Notes: generated from the letters alone by a model not told the origin. DNA of 64,000 nt from Promethearchaeota archaeon (GCA_016930515.1 JAFGGO010000061.1:44172-108171); one strand, 5' to 3'. Counted from the first letter of the stretch, positions 48,384 through 59,459 are shown. A program made the numbers and translations.

Positions 48384-51300
48384 ATGGATAAAATTGGAGC
48401 TGTTTTAATTGTTGGCGCAGGCATAGGAGGCTCCCAAGCATCGTTAGATTTGGCAGATGCGGGATATAAAGTGTATTTATTGGAGTCCAGTACGAGCATT
48501 GGAGGTGTTATGGCGCAATTGGATAAGACATTCCCTACGAACGATTGTGCAATGTGCATTGTCAGTCCTAAACTTGTTGAAACTGGGCGCCATCAAAATA
48601 TCGATCTTTTCATAAATGCAAGGGTTTTAGAAGTTCAAGGAGATTTGGGAAATTTTAAAGTGAAAATATTGAAAAAATCGTTATATGTTAATATGGATAA
48701 GTGTACTGGATGTGGAGTATGTGGAAGGGAGTGTCCCGTCGAAGCTATAGATTTGTTTAACGAGGGACTAGCAAAATACAGTGCCACATCGGTAAAATAT
48801 CCCCAAGCAGTTCCACTCGTGTATGCAATAAACAAGGATTATTGCATTGGTTGTGGAATTTGCCTAGGCGTTTGCAAGGCAAAAGCAGTGGAATACGATT
48901 TGAAGGACCAAGAACTTGAATTAAATGTGGGGGCCATCATTTTGGCAGCAGGATTTGATGAATTTATCCCTTCAGAATCCAACATATATGGTTATGGAAA
49001 ATTCAAGAATGTTGTTACCAGTATCGAATTTGAGCGAATATTAAGCGCAAGTGGCCCGTTTGCTGGTAAAATTTTGCGCCCTTCCGATGGAGATATACCT
49101 GAAAAGGTAGCTTTCCTTCAATGTGTTGGATCCCGAGATAATCGAGATGGTCAACCATATTGTTCCTCTGTATGTTGCATGTATACAGCAAAAGAAGCAG
49201 TAATTGCGAAAGAACATATGGATCAAGTTAATCCCACGATATTTACTATGGACATCAGAGCTTATGGAAAAGACTTTGATAAATATATCGATCGGGCCCA
49301 AAAAGAATATGGTGTGAGGTATGTCCGAAGCAGAATTTCTCACTTGGAAGAAAATCCTGACACAAAAGATCTCGTTCTTATATATGAGGCAGAGAATGGA
49401 AGGATCGTAAAAGAGAATTTCAATCTGGTGGTGCTTTCCGTGGGTTTGAATCCACCTAAAGACGCTAAAGATCTTGGAAGGATTTTCGGAGTTGAATTGA
49501 ACGATTATAATTTCGTTAAAACAGATGTTTTTAATCCCGTTCAGACATCTCGACCGGGAATTTTTGCTTGTGGCGCGTTTACGTCACCTAAAGACATTCC
49601 AGAAACCGTCACACAGGCGAGCGCTGCAGCGGGTTGCGTAAACCAACTTCTCTACAATCAAAGGGGAACTTTAATCACGGAAAAAACCCTTCCTCCAGAA
49701 ATTTTTGTTGCTGGCCAACCACCTAGAATAGGCGCGTTTATTTGCCATTGCGGTATAAACATTGGAGGATATGTAGATGTACCCGAAGTGACGAGGTATG
49801 TGGGAACATTACCAAATGTAGTTTTAGCAGATAGAAACTTGTATACTTGTTCAGCAGACACCCAAACTATCATTAAGGATAAGATTAAGGAATATAACCT
49901 TAATCGAGTAATAGTAGCATCTTGTACTCCAAGAACTCACGAGCCTTTGTTTCAAGAAACTATTCGAGAGGCTGGTTTAAACAGATACTTGTTTCAAATG
50001 GCAAACATCAGGGATCAATGTTCTTGGGTACACATGCACGAGCCAGAAAAAGCAACTCAAAAAGCAAAGGACTTAGTGCGGATGGCCGTAAATAAAGCAC
50101 GAGAAATCCAACCTCTAGAAAGAATTAAATTGGGCGTAACACCAAAAGCCCTTGTTATTGGTGGTGGTATTAGTGGCATGGTCGCAGCACTTAATTTTGC
50201 AACTCAAGAATTTGAAACATTTCTCGTTGAAAAAGAACGCACTCTTGGAGGACACGCTACTCACATTTATGATACTCTTGAAGGAGGAAATGTTCAAGTG
50301 TATCTTAAAGATCTTATTAATAAAGTCAATACTAATGAGTTCATCAATGTTTATACAAGCTCGGAAATAGAAAACATTGATGGATATATTGGAAATTTCA
50401 AAACGACGATAAAAAGTGGAATAAATAGAGAACAAATGGAATTCGAACATGGCGTTGTGGTTGTTGCAACGGGAGCTGCCGAATACGAACCGATTGAGTT
50501 TTTTTATGGGCAGGATGATAGAATCCTCAAGCAATCTGAATACGAAAAAATTATTAATACTGAACCAGAGATCTTGAATGATAAAAAAACAATCGTCATG
50601 ATCCAATGTGTTGGTTCTAGAAACGAGGAACATCCTTATTGCAGCAAGATGTGTTGCGCTGAAGCTATAAAAAATGCGATTAAGACCAAGAAATTAAGTC
50701 CATCAACGGAAATAATCGTTTTATATCGCGACATCCGCACATATGGGTTTAAAGAATTATATTACAGAAAAGCAAGAAAAATGGGAATCATTTTCATTCG
50801 ATTTGATCCAGACAGGCCTCCAGAAGCAGTCATTGAGGGTTCAGACTTAAAAGTATCTGTTGAAAATCCGAAATTAGGAAGTCTTGTTCTATCTCCTGAT
50901 TTTCTCGTCCTCAGTGCGGGCATTGTTCCCAAGACCAAAGAAAACGAGGAACTTGCGAAGATGCTTAAAGTTCCATTAAACGACGATAAATTCTATTTAG
51001 AGGCCCATGTGAAGCTTCGACCTGTTGATTTCGCAACAGAGGGCATTTTCGTTGCAGGTATTGCCCATTGCCCCAAGCCTATCGAGGATTCTATCTCTCA
51101 AGCCAACGCCACAGTCTCAAGAGCGTGTACCATCCTATCAAAAGAGGAAATCGAGGTTGAAGGAAAGGTCGCCAGCATCGATCCTTCCCGCTGTAGCGGA
51201 TGTGGCATGTGCGTGGAGAATTGTGCCTATAATGCCATTGAGTTATTAATTGATCGGAGGTACGGATTGATAGCTTCTATTAATCAGGCTCTCTGCAAGG

Positions 51301-51401
51301 GTTGCGGAGCCTGCTCAGGAAACTGCAGGTGTTCTGCAATCGATATATTGGGGTTTACTGGAGAACAAATATTTGAAATGATAACGGGGAGGATTGGTTA
51401 A
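48384..51401 (+). CDS. hdrA: large double-module HdrA-like flavoprotein
   Basis: Two GxGxxG FAD sites, TFPTNDCAMC, internal RIGAFICHCG and two ferredoxin pairs. Confidence 0.92.
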   Translation: MDKIGAVLIVGAGIGGSQASLDLADAGYKVYLLESSTSIGGVMAQLDKTFPTNDCAMCIVSPKLVETGRHQNIDLFINARVLEVQGDLGNFKVKILKKSLYVNMDKCTGCGVCGRECPVEAIDLFNEGLAKYSATSVKYPQAVPLVYAINKDYCIGCGICLGVCKAKAVEYDLKDQELELNVGAIILAAGFDEFIPSESNIYGYGKFKNVVTSIEFERILSASGPFAGKILRPSDGDIPEKVAFLQCVGSRDNRDGQPYCSSVCCMYTAKEAVIAKEHMDQVNPTIFTMDIRAYGKDFDKYIDRAQKEYGVRYVRSRISHLEENPDTKDLVLIYEAENGRIVKENFNLVVLSVGLNPPKDAKDLGRIFGVELNDYNFVKTDVFNPVQTSRPGIFACGAFTSPKDIPETVTQASAAAGCVNQLLYNQRGTLITEKTLPPEIFVAGQPPRIGAFICHCGINIGGYVDVPEVTRYVGTLPNVVLADRNLYTCSADTQTIIKDKIKEYNLNRVIVASCTPRTHEPLFQETIREAGLNRYLFQMANIRDQCSWVHMHEPEKATQKAKDLVRMAVNKAREIQPLERIKLGVTPKALVIGGGISGMVAALNFATQEFETFLVEKERTLGGHATHIYDTLEGGNVQVYLKDLINKVNTNEFINVYTSSEIENIDGYIGNFKTTIKSGINREQMEFEHGVVVVATGAAEYEPIEFFYGQDDRILKQSEYEKIINTEPEILNDKKTIVMIQCVGSRNEEHPYCSKMCCAEAIKNAIKTKKLSPSTEIIVLYRDIRTYGFKELYYRKARKMGIIFIRFDPDRPPEAVIEGSDLKVSVENPKLGSLVLSPDFLVLSAGIVPKTKENEELAKMLKVPLNDDKFYLEAHVKLRPVDFATEGIFVAGIAHCPKPIEDSISQANATVSRACTILSKEEIEVEGKVASIDPSRCSGCGMCVENCAYNAIELLIDRRYGLIASINQALCKGCGACSGNCRCSAIDILGFTGEQIFEMITGRIG

Positions 51402-51854
51402 ATGACGGAATCGGTTATTGAAAAAAAAGTGAAAAAAAAAGAGTGGACGCCAAAAATAATAGCTTTTTTATGCAATTGGTGTTCATATGCGGGTGCTGAT
51501 CTTGCTGGAGTGAGTAGGATTCAGTATCCCCCCACTATCAGGGTTGTGAGAGTCCCATGCTCAGGTAGAATTAATCCCTTTTTTATTATTAAGAGTTTAA
51601 TGGATGGATGGGATGGTGTAGTAGTTTCTGGCTGCCATCCAGGAGATTGCCATTATATTAGCGGCAATCTCGTCGCAAGGAGGAGATTTGCCATCTTAAA
51701 AGAACTCCTAGATTTTTTTGGAATCCACCCCGATAGGGTGCATTTTATGTGGGCTTCTGCCGCTGAAGGAGAACGTTTTGCTACCTTGATCAAGAAAGCC
51801 ACAAATTTAGTCAAGAAGATAGGTCCGAATAACAGTTTTGAGAAAAAATGGTGA
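51402..51854 (+). CDS. mvhD: MvhD/FlxD-like 2Fe-2S subunit
   Basis: FLCNWCSYAGAD, PCSGR and GCHPGDCHY motifs. Confidence 0.92.
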   Translation: MTESVIEKKVKKKEWTPKIIAFLCNWCSYAGADLAGVSRIQYPPTIRVVRVPCSGRINPFFIIKSLMDGWDGVVVSGCHPGDCHYISGNLVARRRFAILKELLDFFGIHPDRVHFMWASAAEGERFATLIKKATNLVKKIGPNNSFEKKW

Positions 51855-51860
51855 TGTATT

Positions 51861-52883
51861 TTGAACGATATTAGTGAAGAAAACCTCAAGAACGAAGAAT
51901 TTATCAAGAATATTTCTCGAGATCTTTTAAGGCAGAAAAAAGTAGATCTTATCATTGGTTATGGAAAGGGAACAATTCCAACAAATTCTGCGCCCATTTT
52001 CGTCAGAAAAGAAGAGGATATCAAAAAATTAATTTGGAACAACATGTGCCATGCTAACTTGGCAAGATATTTAGTTCCTCCTCTTGTAAAATATGTCAAT
52101 GGAGATAAAATCGATTTAAAAGTAGGGATAGTATCAAAAGGGTGCGTGGGAAGGGCATTAATACATTTGGCTAAAGAAAATCAAGTTAATTTAGAAAATA
52201 TCAAGATTATAGGGATAACATGTAACGGAATGATCAATAGAAGACGGATAGAAAAAGAGTTATGTGGAAAAGAAATACTTAATATCTCCGTTTCGAAAGA
52301 TAAAGTTATTGTTGAAGGACACGATTTTAAAGAATCTTATAATTTTAAAGATTATATTAATGAACTATGTAAAACTTGTCAAATAAAGGAACCTCCAATT
52401 TCATCCTCTCTGAAGGATATAATTGAAGGATCTTACATGGAAAAAACTTCCATTGAGGACGATTTTAAGGATTTAAGCGATTACGAATCTAAAAATCCCG
52501 AAGAGAAATTTAAAATTATAGAAGGGCTTCTAAGTGAATGTACGCGATGCTATGCCTGTAGGGAAGCGTGTCCCATGTGCTATTGCAATCTTTGTTTTGT
52601 GGATCAAAATAGGCCAATTTGGTTTGGAAAAACGACTGAAATGTCCGAGATTTTTTCATTTCACTTGATTAGAGCGATGCACATGGCAGGGCGGTGCGTA
52701 GCTTGTGGATCGTGTAGTAGCGCTTGTCCCATGGGAATCGACTTGAATTTAATCAATAGAAAATTGGAAAAAATAGTAAAACAAAGGTTCGATTTCACGG
52801 CAGGCTTAAATCCAGATGTCGTACCACCAATGATGACTCAAAAGATGAGCGATAACGAAGATTTCATGTTAGAAGAGCATTAA
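51861..52883 (+). CDS. FlxC-like 4Fe-4S protein
   Basis: CTRCYACREACPMCYC and H.AGRCVACGSC..ACP motifs. Confidence 0.85.
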   Translation: MNDISEENLKNEEFIKNISRDLLRQKKVDLIIGYGKGTIPTNSAPIFVRKEEDIKKLIWNNMCHANLARYLVPPLVKYVNGDKIDLKVGIVSKGCVGRALIHLAKENQVNLENIKIIGITCNGMINRRRIEKELCGKEILNISVSKDKVIVEGHDFKESYNFKDYINELCKTCQIKEPPISSSLKDIIEGSYMEKTSIEDDFKDLSDYESKNPEEKFKIIEGLLSECTRCYACREACPMCYCNLCFVDQNRPIWFGKTTEMSEIFSFHLIRAMHMAGRCVACGSCSSACPMGIDLNLINRKLEKIVKQRFDFTAGLNPDVVPPMMTQKMSDNEDFMLEEH

Positions 52884-52891
52884 AGAGGTAA

Positions 52892-53971
52892 ATGATGAAA
52901 ATGGATGAAAAATTACTGAAAAAAGAAGAAATAGGAAAGTTATACGAATACTTATCGAGGTATTATAATTTTTACGCTCCTGTAAAAATAAATGGACAAG
53001 TTAATTTCAAGAAGATCTCTAATCCCGACGAAATCGAGCTGGATTTCCTCAATTCAAGGATTCCACCAAAGGAAGTAATTTTTCCTCGAATGGAAACGCT
53101 TTTCAAGTATAAAATGAATGGAAAGGACATCGAAATCTTAGAAGGTAATAATGAACCAGAAAAAAATATAATATTTGGAATCCGGCCTTGTGACGCATAT
53201 AGTTTTCACTTGTTAGAAATGTTCTTTGCATGGGGAAAATTTCAAGATGAATTGTTTTTATCCAAACGAAAGAATACCGTATTAATGGGATTAGGGTGCA
53301 ACGAGCCACGGCAAACTTGTTTTTGCACATCTCTAGACTACCAGGGACACCCACATAGAAGCGAAAATATGGATATTTTTTTATGCGATTTAGGAGATAA
53401 TTTTCTCTTCAAAGCCGTTAGCAAGGCAGGAAAAGCTATTATGGACAAATTGACATGGCTATCGAACGCTGGAAAGAATGATTTGAAAAAAGCTGACGAC
53501 CTTTTGAAAAGGGCAGAGAGTTTAATGGCTCCTAAGTTAAATATTGATGACACGGCTGATATCTTAGATAAATGCTTTGATGATCCACTCTGGGAGGACA
53601 TTAGCGCTAATTGCCTTGGATGTGGAACATGTGCTTTTTTATGCCCTACATGCACTTGTTTCGATGTTGTAGATGAACCCGACAAGTACAACAATAGAGG
53701 GAAAAGGATAAGGATATGGGACACCTGCCAATTCTGTATCTATACGCTTCACACGAGCGGTCATAATCCTAGAAATTCTAAGATAGAAAGATGTAGAAAT
53801 AGAATTCTACACAAATTTAGTTATTATCCAAAAAATTATGGATTAATTGGGTGCGTGGGATGTGGCAGATGCGTTCAATCCTGTCCCGTTAATAACGACA
53901 TCAGGCAGATTATAAAAAAAATAAATCGCATTAATAAACAAAACAAAGAGGAAGAAATTCTTGTTAGTTAA
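52892..53971 (+). CDS. FlxB/AsrA-like 4Fe-4S protein
   Basis: GIRPCD, CFC, CLGCGTC..LCPTC.CF, R.WD.C and CVGCGRC motifs. Confidence 0.88.
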   Translation: MMKMDEKLLKKEEIGKLYEYLSRYYNFYAPVKINGQVNFKKISNPDEIELDFLNSRIPPKEVIFPRMETLFKYKMNGKDIEILEGNNEPEKNIIFGIRPCDAYSFHLLEMFFAWGKFQDELFLSKRKNTVLMGLGCNEPRQTCFCTSLDYQGHPHRSENMDIFLCDLGDNFLFKAVSKAGKAIMDKLTWLSNAGKNDLKKADDLLKRAESLMAPKLNIDDTADILDKCFDDPLWEDISANCLGCGTCAFLCPTCTCFDVVDEPDKYNNRGKRIRIWDTCQFCIYTLHTSGHNPRNSKIERCRNRILHKFSYYPKNYGLIGCVGCGRCVQSCPVNNDIRQIIKKINRINKQNKEEEILVS

Positions 53972-54803
53972 TTGTTATATTCCGATGTTAACGCGTATTC
54001 AGTCAATTATTTCTGAAAACGGCGTCAATGACATAAAAACCTTCGACTTGGTGTTTTTAAATAAAGAAGACGAAAAGAAATTTGATTATATTCCGGGTCA
54101 ATTCGCAGAAATTAGCATTATCGGTAAGGGAGAATGTCCTATAGGAATTGCTTCTTCGCCAACCGAAAAAGGTTTTCTTAAATTTACAATAAAGAAAATG
54201 GGGACGGTAACGACTGCAATCCATATGGCAGAAATTGGGGACATTATAGGTGTTCGAGGGCCATTAGGAAATGGTTGGCCGATAGAAGATTTGAAGGGAA
54301 AAAATATCGTCGTTATTGGGGGAGGTTTTGCGTTTTCCACATTAAGATCACTCGTAGAATATATGATTTACGAGGAGAATAGGGAAGATTTCGGGAGCAT
54401 CACGGTGATCTACGGAAATAGAAATTGTTCGGAAATTTTATATCAAGATGACCTATTGAAATGGGAGAAACGATCTGATGTTGATGTTGCCTTGACAATC
54501 GATTGTGCGGAGGAAGGATGGGATGGTAGAGTAGGATTTGTGGCCCCAATTGTTGAAGCAGTCAATCCTTCACCAAAAAATGCTATTGCAATAGTGTGTG
54601 GTCCTCCCATAATGATTAAAACTACAGAAGCCGTTTTAGAAAGACTCAATTTTAAACCAGAACAGATCTTAGAATCATTAGAAAATAGGATGAAATGCGG
54701 GATTGGCAAGTGTGGTCGATGCAACATTGGAGAAAAGTTTGTTTGTGTGGACGGTCCCGTGTTTTCTAAAGCAGAATTAAATAAAATGCCAAAAGAATAT
54801 TAA
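53961..54803 (+). CDS. FlxA/AsrB-like FAD/NAD-binding subunit
   Basis: PGQF, RGPLGNG, GGG, CGPPIM and MKCGIGKCGRC..C.DGPVF motifs. Confidence 0.9.
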   Translation: MLVNCYIPMLTRIQSIISENGVNDIKTFDLVFLNKEDEKKFDYIPGQFAEISIIGKGECPIGIASSPTEKGFLKFTIKKMGTVTTAIHMAEIGDIIGVRGPLGNGWPIEDLKGKNIVVIGGGFAFSTLRSLVEYMIYEENREDFGSITVIYGNRNCSEILYQDDLLKWEKRSDVDVALTIDCAEEGWDGRVGFVAPIVEAVNPSPKNAIAIVCGPPIMIKTTEAVLERLNFKPEQILESLENRMKCGIGKCGRCNIGEKFVCVDGPVFSKAELNKMPKEY

Positions 54804-54821
54804 AAGAGGAAATTATAACCC

Positions 54822-55937
54822 ATGAGCGAGACAAAATTAGTTGACGAGATCGTGCCCAAGTCGTTCGAAGACCTGATAAAAGAAGTACACGAGAAAGGAT
54901 TATGTGGAGAATGTGGGGGATGCGTGAGTTTTTGTTCGGCGGCAGAATTAAAAGCGATTGAAATGCCCCCATCAGGACCTCCAGTGTACAGCAATAAGGA
55001 CAACTGCCTTCATTGCGGATTGTGCTATCTCGTTTGTCCACAGACCTATGTTTTAAACGATGAACTGAATGAAAGGTTTAATTATAGAGTTTCAATTGGA
55101 AACAGGAAAAAAATTACATCGAGTCAGAGCACTTCAGAAGAAGTTAAAAGACGAGCAACAGACGGAGGCGCGGTCACATCCATATTGTTATACCTTTTGG
55201 ACCATAACTTAATTAAAGGAGCGTTGGTATGCAAGAAAGAAGGACCATTCAAACGAGTGCCCTTTTTTGCAACAACCCGTCAGCAAATAATTGAGGCGGC
55301 CGGATCTCATTTTGACCTTTCTAAACAAGTTTCTGGTTTAGAGCACTACGATACATTCATCCCGACAATCACTAAATTAAAGAAGATCGTTGGAACCGAT
55401 ATGATGAATATTGCCGTGGTCGGAACGCCTTGTCAAATACACTCCATCCGTAAAATGCAGGAATTAAGCATTCTCCCCGCACATGTAGTGAAATACACGC
55501 TAGGCCTTTTTTGTAACTTTAATTTTTCCTTTGATGCCGAAGCCCGGAAAAAAATAGAGGATAAATATGGTTTTGCTTTTGAAGATGTTGAATCGATGAA
55601 TATCAAGGATTTTCTTGCCCTTCAATTACGGAATAACGAAACCATCGTGATAGAGTTCCAAGATCTAAACGATATTGCCCGAAAGGCGTGCTTTGGATGT
55701 AGGGATTTTTCAAATGTATACGCTGATATTTCTTTTGGAGGTTTGGGTTCAAAGGACGAATATACTACCACAATCGTTCGGACGAATGTAGGTGAAGAAA
55801 TTTATAATGCTGCTGTAAAAGAAGGTTACCTCAAGGAACCTATTGATTTAAATACAGCTGTAAAAAAGTCCGAAATGCTCGCTAAAGTAATCAGTTTTGG
55901 AAAGAGAAAATTCGAACGCTACAAGGAAACGTTTTAA
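54822..55937 (+). CDS. FrhB/FdhB-family F420-interacting subunit with N-terminal ferredoxin
   Basis: CGECGGC, DGGAVT, VGTPCQ, GLFC, C..C.DF...ADISFG and IVRT..G motifs. Confidence 0.9.
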   Translation: MSETKLVDEIVPKSFEDLIKEVHEKGLCGECGGCVSFCSAAELKAIEMPPSGPPVYSNKDNCLHCGLCYLVCPQTYVLNDELNERFNYRVSIGNRKKITSSQSTSEEVKRRATDGGAVTSILLYLLDHNLIKGALVCKKEGPFKRVPFFATTRQQIIEAAGSHFDLSKQVSGLEHYDTFIPTITKLKKIVGTDMMNIAVVGTPCQIHSIRKMQELSILPAHVVKYTLGLFCNFNFSFDAEARKKIEDKYGFAFEDVESMNIKDFLALQLRNNETIVIEFQDLNDIARKACFGCRDFSNVYADISFGGLGSKDEYTTTIVRTNVGEEIYNAAVKEGYLKEPIDLNTAVKKSEMLAKVISFGKRKFERYKETF

Positions 55938-55970
55938 TAATATGTGTTAATTATAGATTTCTAAAAAGAA

Positions 55971-57104
55971 TTAGGAATAAATATAATCCTTTATGCCGTG
56001 TTCTTTATCTACAATTTCAGCTAACGCTTTGTTAAAATGCGCTTGAATTACTTTATTGCCTCTTTCTCTCAAGCATTTGATTCCCGCTTCGGTAACGAGG
56101 GCTTTAATGTGAGCGCCGCTAAATCCTTCAGTTTTCTTTGCGATCTCTTCCAAATCCACATTATTCAAATTCATTTTTCTCGTGTGTATTTTCAAGATCA
56201 TCAAGCGAGCTTCCTCATTTGGTAAGTCAAATTTTATAATCCTATCAAATCTCCCTGGTCTTAGTATTGCTGGATCAAGAACGTCTTCTCTATTGGTCGC
56301 TGCGATGAACATGATACCCTCCTTGTTGGCAAACCCGTCTAATTCGGATAAAAGCTGCATGAAAGTCCTTTGAACCTCACGATCTCCCTTGTAAACTTCG
56401 CTCGTCCGTTTCACGGCGATTGCGTCGATTTCGTCAATAAAAATGATGGCAGGTAGGTTTTCTTTTGCCAAGGAAAATACTTCCCTCACCATGCGGGATC
56501 CTTCTCCAATAAATTTTTGAACAAGGTCAGAGCCAACAAGATGAATGAATCTAGCTTTACTGCTGGTAGCTATTGCTTTTGCTAGAAGAGTCTTTCCTGT
56601 ACCCGGAGGTCCCGAGAGTAGAGCCCCCGTTGGTGGATCGATACCGATTTGATCAAATAATTCTCGGTGTAGCAAGGGTAATTCGATGATTTCCCTAATT
56701 GCTTCGATTTGAGGATCTAAACCACCAATGTCCTCGAACGAGACAGAAGGTGATTCGATAAGCTCCATTCCCACAACGTGATCTCTTATTTTCTTTGATA
56801 ATATATCTAGAATTTGCAGACTTTGACCGTGCAAAACGACTGAATCTCCCGCTTCAGGTTTTAGAAATGTGTTAGGTTGTAATAAAACCCTGTTTCCAGG
56901 AGCGTGAGAAGCAATTATTCTCCCGTCTTTTAGAACTCTTTCGACTGAACCAATTATGAGCGGTTGTTTTTTCATTTGGTCCAAAAAACCTTGATATTCG
57001 TCGAGCATTTTCTTTAGTTTTTCAATTTCCTTGTCCTTCTTATCTAAAGACTGCTCCAAGGACACTATTTTCTTTTGAATTTTTTTAATATCAGACTCAG
57101 TCAT
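55971..57104 (-). CDS. pan: proteasome-activating nucleotidase
   Basis: N-terminal coiled coil and OB fold, GPPGTGKT, IDEID, REVQRT and RPGRFDR; C-terminal YIYS tail. Confidence 0.93.
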   Translation of the reverse strand: MTESDIKKIQKKIVSLEQSLDKKDKEIEKLKKMLDEYQGFLDQMKKQPLIIGSVERVLKDGRIIASHAPGNRVLLQPNTFLKPEAGDSVVLHGQSLQILDILSKKIRDHVVGMELIESPSVSFEDIGGLDPQIEAIREIIELPLLHRELFDQIGIDPPTGALLSGPPGTGKTLLAKAIATSSKARFIHLVGSDLVQKFIGEGSRMVREVFSLAKENLPAIIFIDEIDAIAVKRTSEVYKGDREVQRTFMQLLSELDGFANKEGIMFIAATNREDVLDPAILRPGRFDRIIKFDLPNEEARLMILKIHTRKMNLNNVDLEEIAKKTEGFSGAHIKALVTEAGIKCLRERGNKVIQAHFNKALAEIVDKEHGIKDYIYS

Positions 57105-57506
57105 ACTTGCGATGTAAAATATTTCATTTTAAAAATATTTTTACTTTGTGATTTTCGTGGTTTTAGAAGATCATTATGATATTAATTCTTTTTTTACACC
57201 AATTTGGATGTTCAAATCTAATCGTTAAGCAAACTACGAATATGCGCTAAAATTTTACGAAAATCGTTTAAAATTGAAAATCCTTCCTCGGTTCCATAAT
57301 CATTCTAGTATTTCCCTTATAAATCTATGTTTTATTACGATCCTTGGTTTTATGGTTTAATAAAATTTATAAATACAAAATTCATATTTGTTATAATTAA
57401 ATTCTATTTAATTGTACCAAAAAAAGAATTTATATAGAAAAAGTTTCTTATATAATTTACATTCAAAAAATATTTTTACTAAAAAATAAAAACAAGGCTG
57501 ATATAA

Positions 57507-58652
57507 ATGGCAGAAGAAGAAAGCTTTTTAAATGCTAAAGCGCTCGTAGTGGATAACGGTACGGGTATCAGCAAGAACGGTTTTGCCGGAGAAGATCAAC
57601 CTCGATCGGTATTTCCAACTCTCATCGGATATCCTAAATACGAAAGTATCATGACCGATGTCGAGCACTACACCAGGGAATACTACATCGGAGAAGAAGC
57701 CATGCAACTCAAAGGTGTCTTGAAGTTGATGTTCCCTGTAGAGCATGGTATAATCGAGGATTGGACCGCAATGGAAAAGATCTGGCATTATACATTCTAC
57801 ACCGACTTGAGAATCGATCCTAGCGAACACCCGGTACTCTTGACTGAAGCGCCATTAAATCCAAGGCCTAACCGCGAGAAGATGGCCGAGATCATGTTCG
57901 AGACATTCAACACACCTGCGTTGTATGTTGCTATGCAAGCAGTATTGTCTCTTTATGCGTCCGGTCGTACGACAGGTTGCGTTATAGATATTGGTGACGG
58001 TGTGTCCCACGTCGTCCCAATTTTCGAAGGATTTGCATTGAGTCACGCCATTTCGAGAATCGACCTGGCTGGTCGAGACATCACGACATACTTGCAAAGA
58101 TTATTGAGGCAAAAGGGATATTCATTTACCACATCGGCAGAGAAAGAGATCGTCAGGGATATCAAGGAAAAACTCTGTTATGTCGCAATTGATCCCGAAA
58201 AAGAGATGATGCTCTCCAAGAAGGTCGCAGGAATGGAAAAGTCGTACATGCTCCCAGACGGTGAGACGATAAATGTCGGCGTTGAGAGGTTCCTCGCTCC
58301 AGAATGCTTCTTTAACCCAAGCGTTATTGGAAAAGAATTGGAGCCTTTAGACGACGTGATCGTTGGTGCCATCTCGGAATGCGATGTCGACCTCAGGAGG
58401 GACCTTTACAGCAACATCGTCCTTTCCGGTGGATCTACCATGTTCCCCGGCATCAAGGAACGATTGACTAAGGAAATTAAGGAACAAATTCCCGAGTCGG
58501 TCGATGTAAAGATCATTGCGCCCCCCGAAAGGATGTACTCCGTGTGGATTGGCGGTTCTATCCTCAGTTCCTTGAAAACCTTCCACAGAATGTGGGTCAC
58601 GAGAAGAGAATACAAGGAAATGGGACCACAAGTCATTCACAGATGCTTCTAA
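57507..58652 (+). CDS. actin (Lokiactin-type)
   Basis: [51 protein letters not shown] and C-terminal IHRCF. Confidence 0.97.
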   Translation: MAEEESFLNAKALVVDNGTGISKNGFAGEDQPRSVFPTLIGYPKYESIMTDVEHYTREYYIGEEAMQLKGVLKLMFPVEHGIIEDWTAMEKIWHYTFYTDLRIDPSEHPVLLTEAPLNPRPNREKMAEIMFETFNTPALYVAMQAVLSLYASGRTTGCVIDIGDGVSHVVPIFEGFALSHAISRIDLAGRDITTYLQRLLRQKGYSFTTSAEKEIVRDIKEKLCYVAIDPEKEMMLSKKVAGMEKSYMLPDGETINVGVERFLAPECFFNPSVIGKELEPLDDVIVGAISECDVDLRRDLYSNIVLSGGSTMFPGIKERLTKEIKEQIPESVDVKIIAPPERMYSVWIGGSILSSLKTFHRMWVTRREYKEMGPQVIHRCF

Positions 58653-58711
58653 GCCCAATCGGGCACACTCACGAATTTTTTTATTAATTCTTTTTTTTTA
58701 TTGCGTTTTTC
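58653..58711 (+). terminator. probable oligo-T terminator after actin
   Basis: Small GCCC-AATC-GGGC hairpin followed by T tracts. Confidence 0.45.
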
Positions 58712-58714
58712 TAA

Positions 58715-59080
58715 TCAGATACCAAACGGTTCAAACATAGTGCATATTGAATCCTTGCTGTAATACTTGTTCTTAATTTGACAATGAAGCTCCTTTTCCT
58801 CGTAGTACACGCAATTCATACATGTTAATTCGCGTTTTTTAAGTTTATTTCTAATATCTTTTAATTTTTCGGGGGTGGTTCCCTTGTTTAGCTCAATTTT
58901 AAGCTTCTCGATGGGAGTGGCAGTTGCCTTGCAGTATATGACATTAGGGGACGGGGGATTCCATTCTCGTACGATCGAACCTTGAGGACTTTTTACAACC
59001 CGAGGTTTTTTCTGGCCGTATCCACACTTGCAACGATTTTTCCTCAATAAACCTCCGCATTCAGGACAGAAATCAACCAT
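58715..59080 (-). CDS. Zn-finger hypothetical protein
   Basis: N-terminal FCPECG...CKCG and C-terminal CMNC..C..C. Confidence 0.75.
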   Translation of the reverse strand: MVDFCPECGGLLRKNRCKCGYGQKKPRVVKSPQGSIVREWNPPSPNVIYCKATATPIEKLKIELNKGTTPEKLKDIRNKLKKRELTCMNCVYYEEKELHCQIKNKYYSKDSICTMFEPFGI

Positions 59081-59459
59081 TAAACTCAATACTTGGTAAA
59101 TATATTTGATAAATCTAAATATATGAATCAAAGGCACCTTATCATCTTACCTAAAATTGATCCGAAGGTGTTTCTTTTTTGTTAATATCATGCTCGAGAA
59201 GAATTTCTTTTTATAAATTCGTCTCCAATATCAACATTTGAAATATGTTTAACCAACATTTTTGATCCACTCGTTTTATGCAATTCTGATGGTTTTTGTC
59301 AGGTTTGAATTATTTGTATTACTTAAGATTAAGTTGTAAACAATATTATATAAAGGTGAATGGTAAAAAATTGAATTAACTTATTCATCAATGCAAACAT
59401 AAACAATCCAATATAAAATTATCCTAACTCGATATTAATAAGCAATATATTTCAAGATT

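Noticed and set aside
43183-51854. Selenocysteine recoding in HdrA/MvhD
   Set aside because: The relevant motifs are all encoded as Cys (TFPTNDC..C, CNWC, GCH.GDC); TGA occurs only at natural gene ends; no SECIS was recognised.
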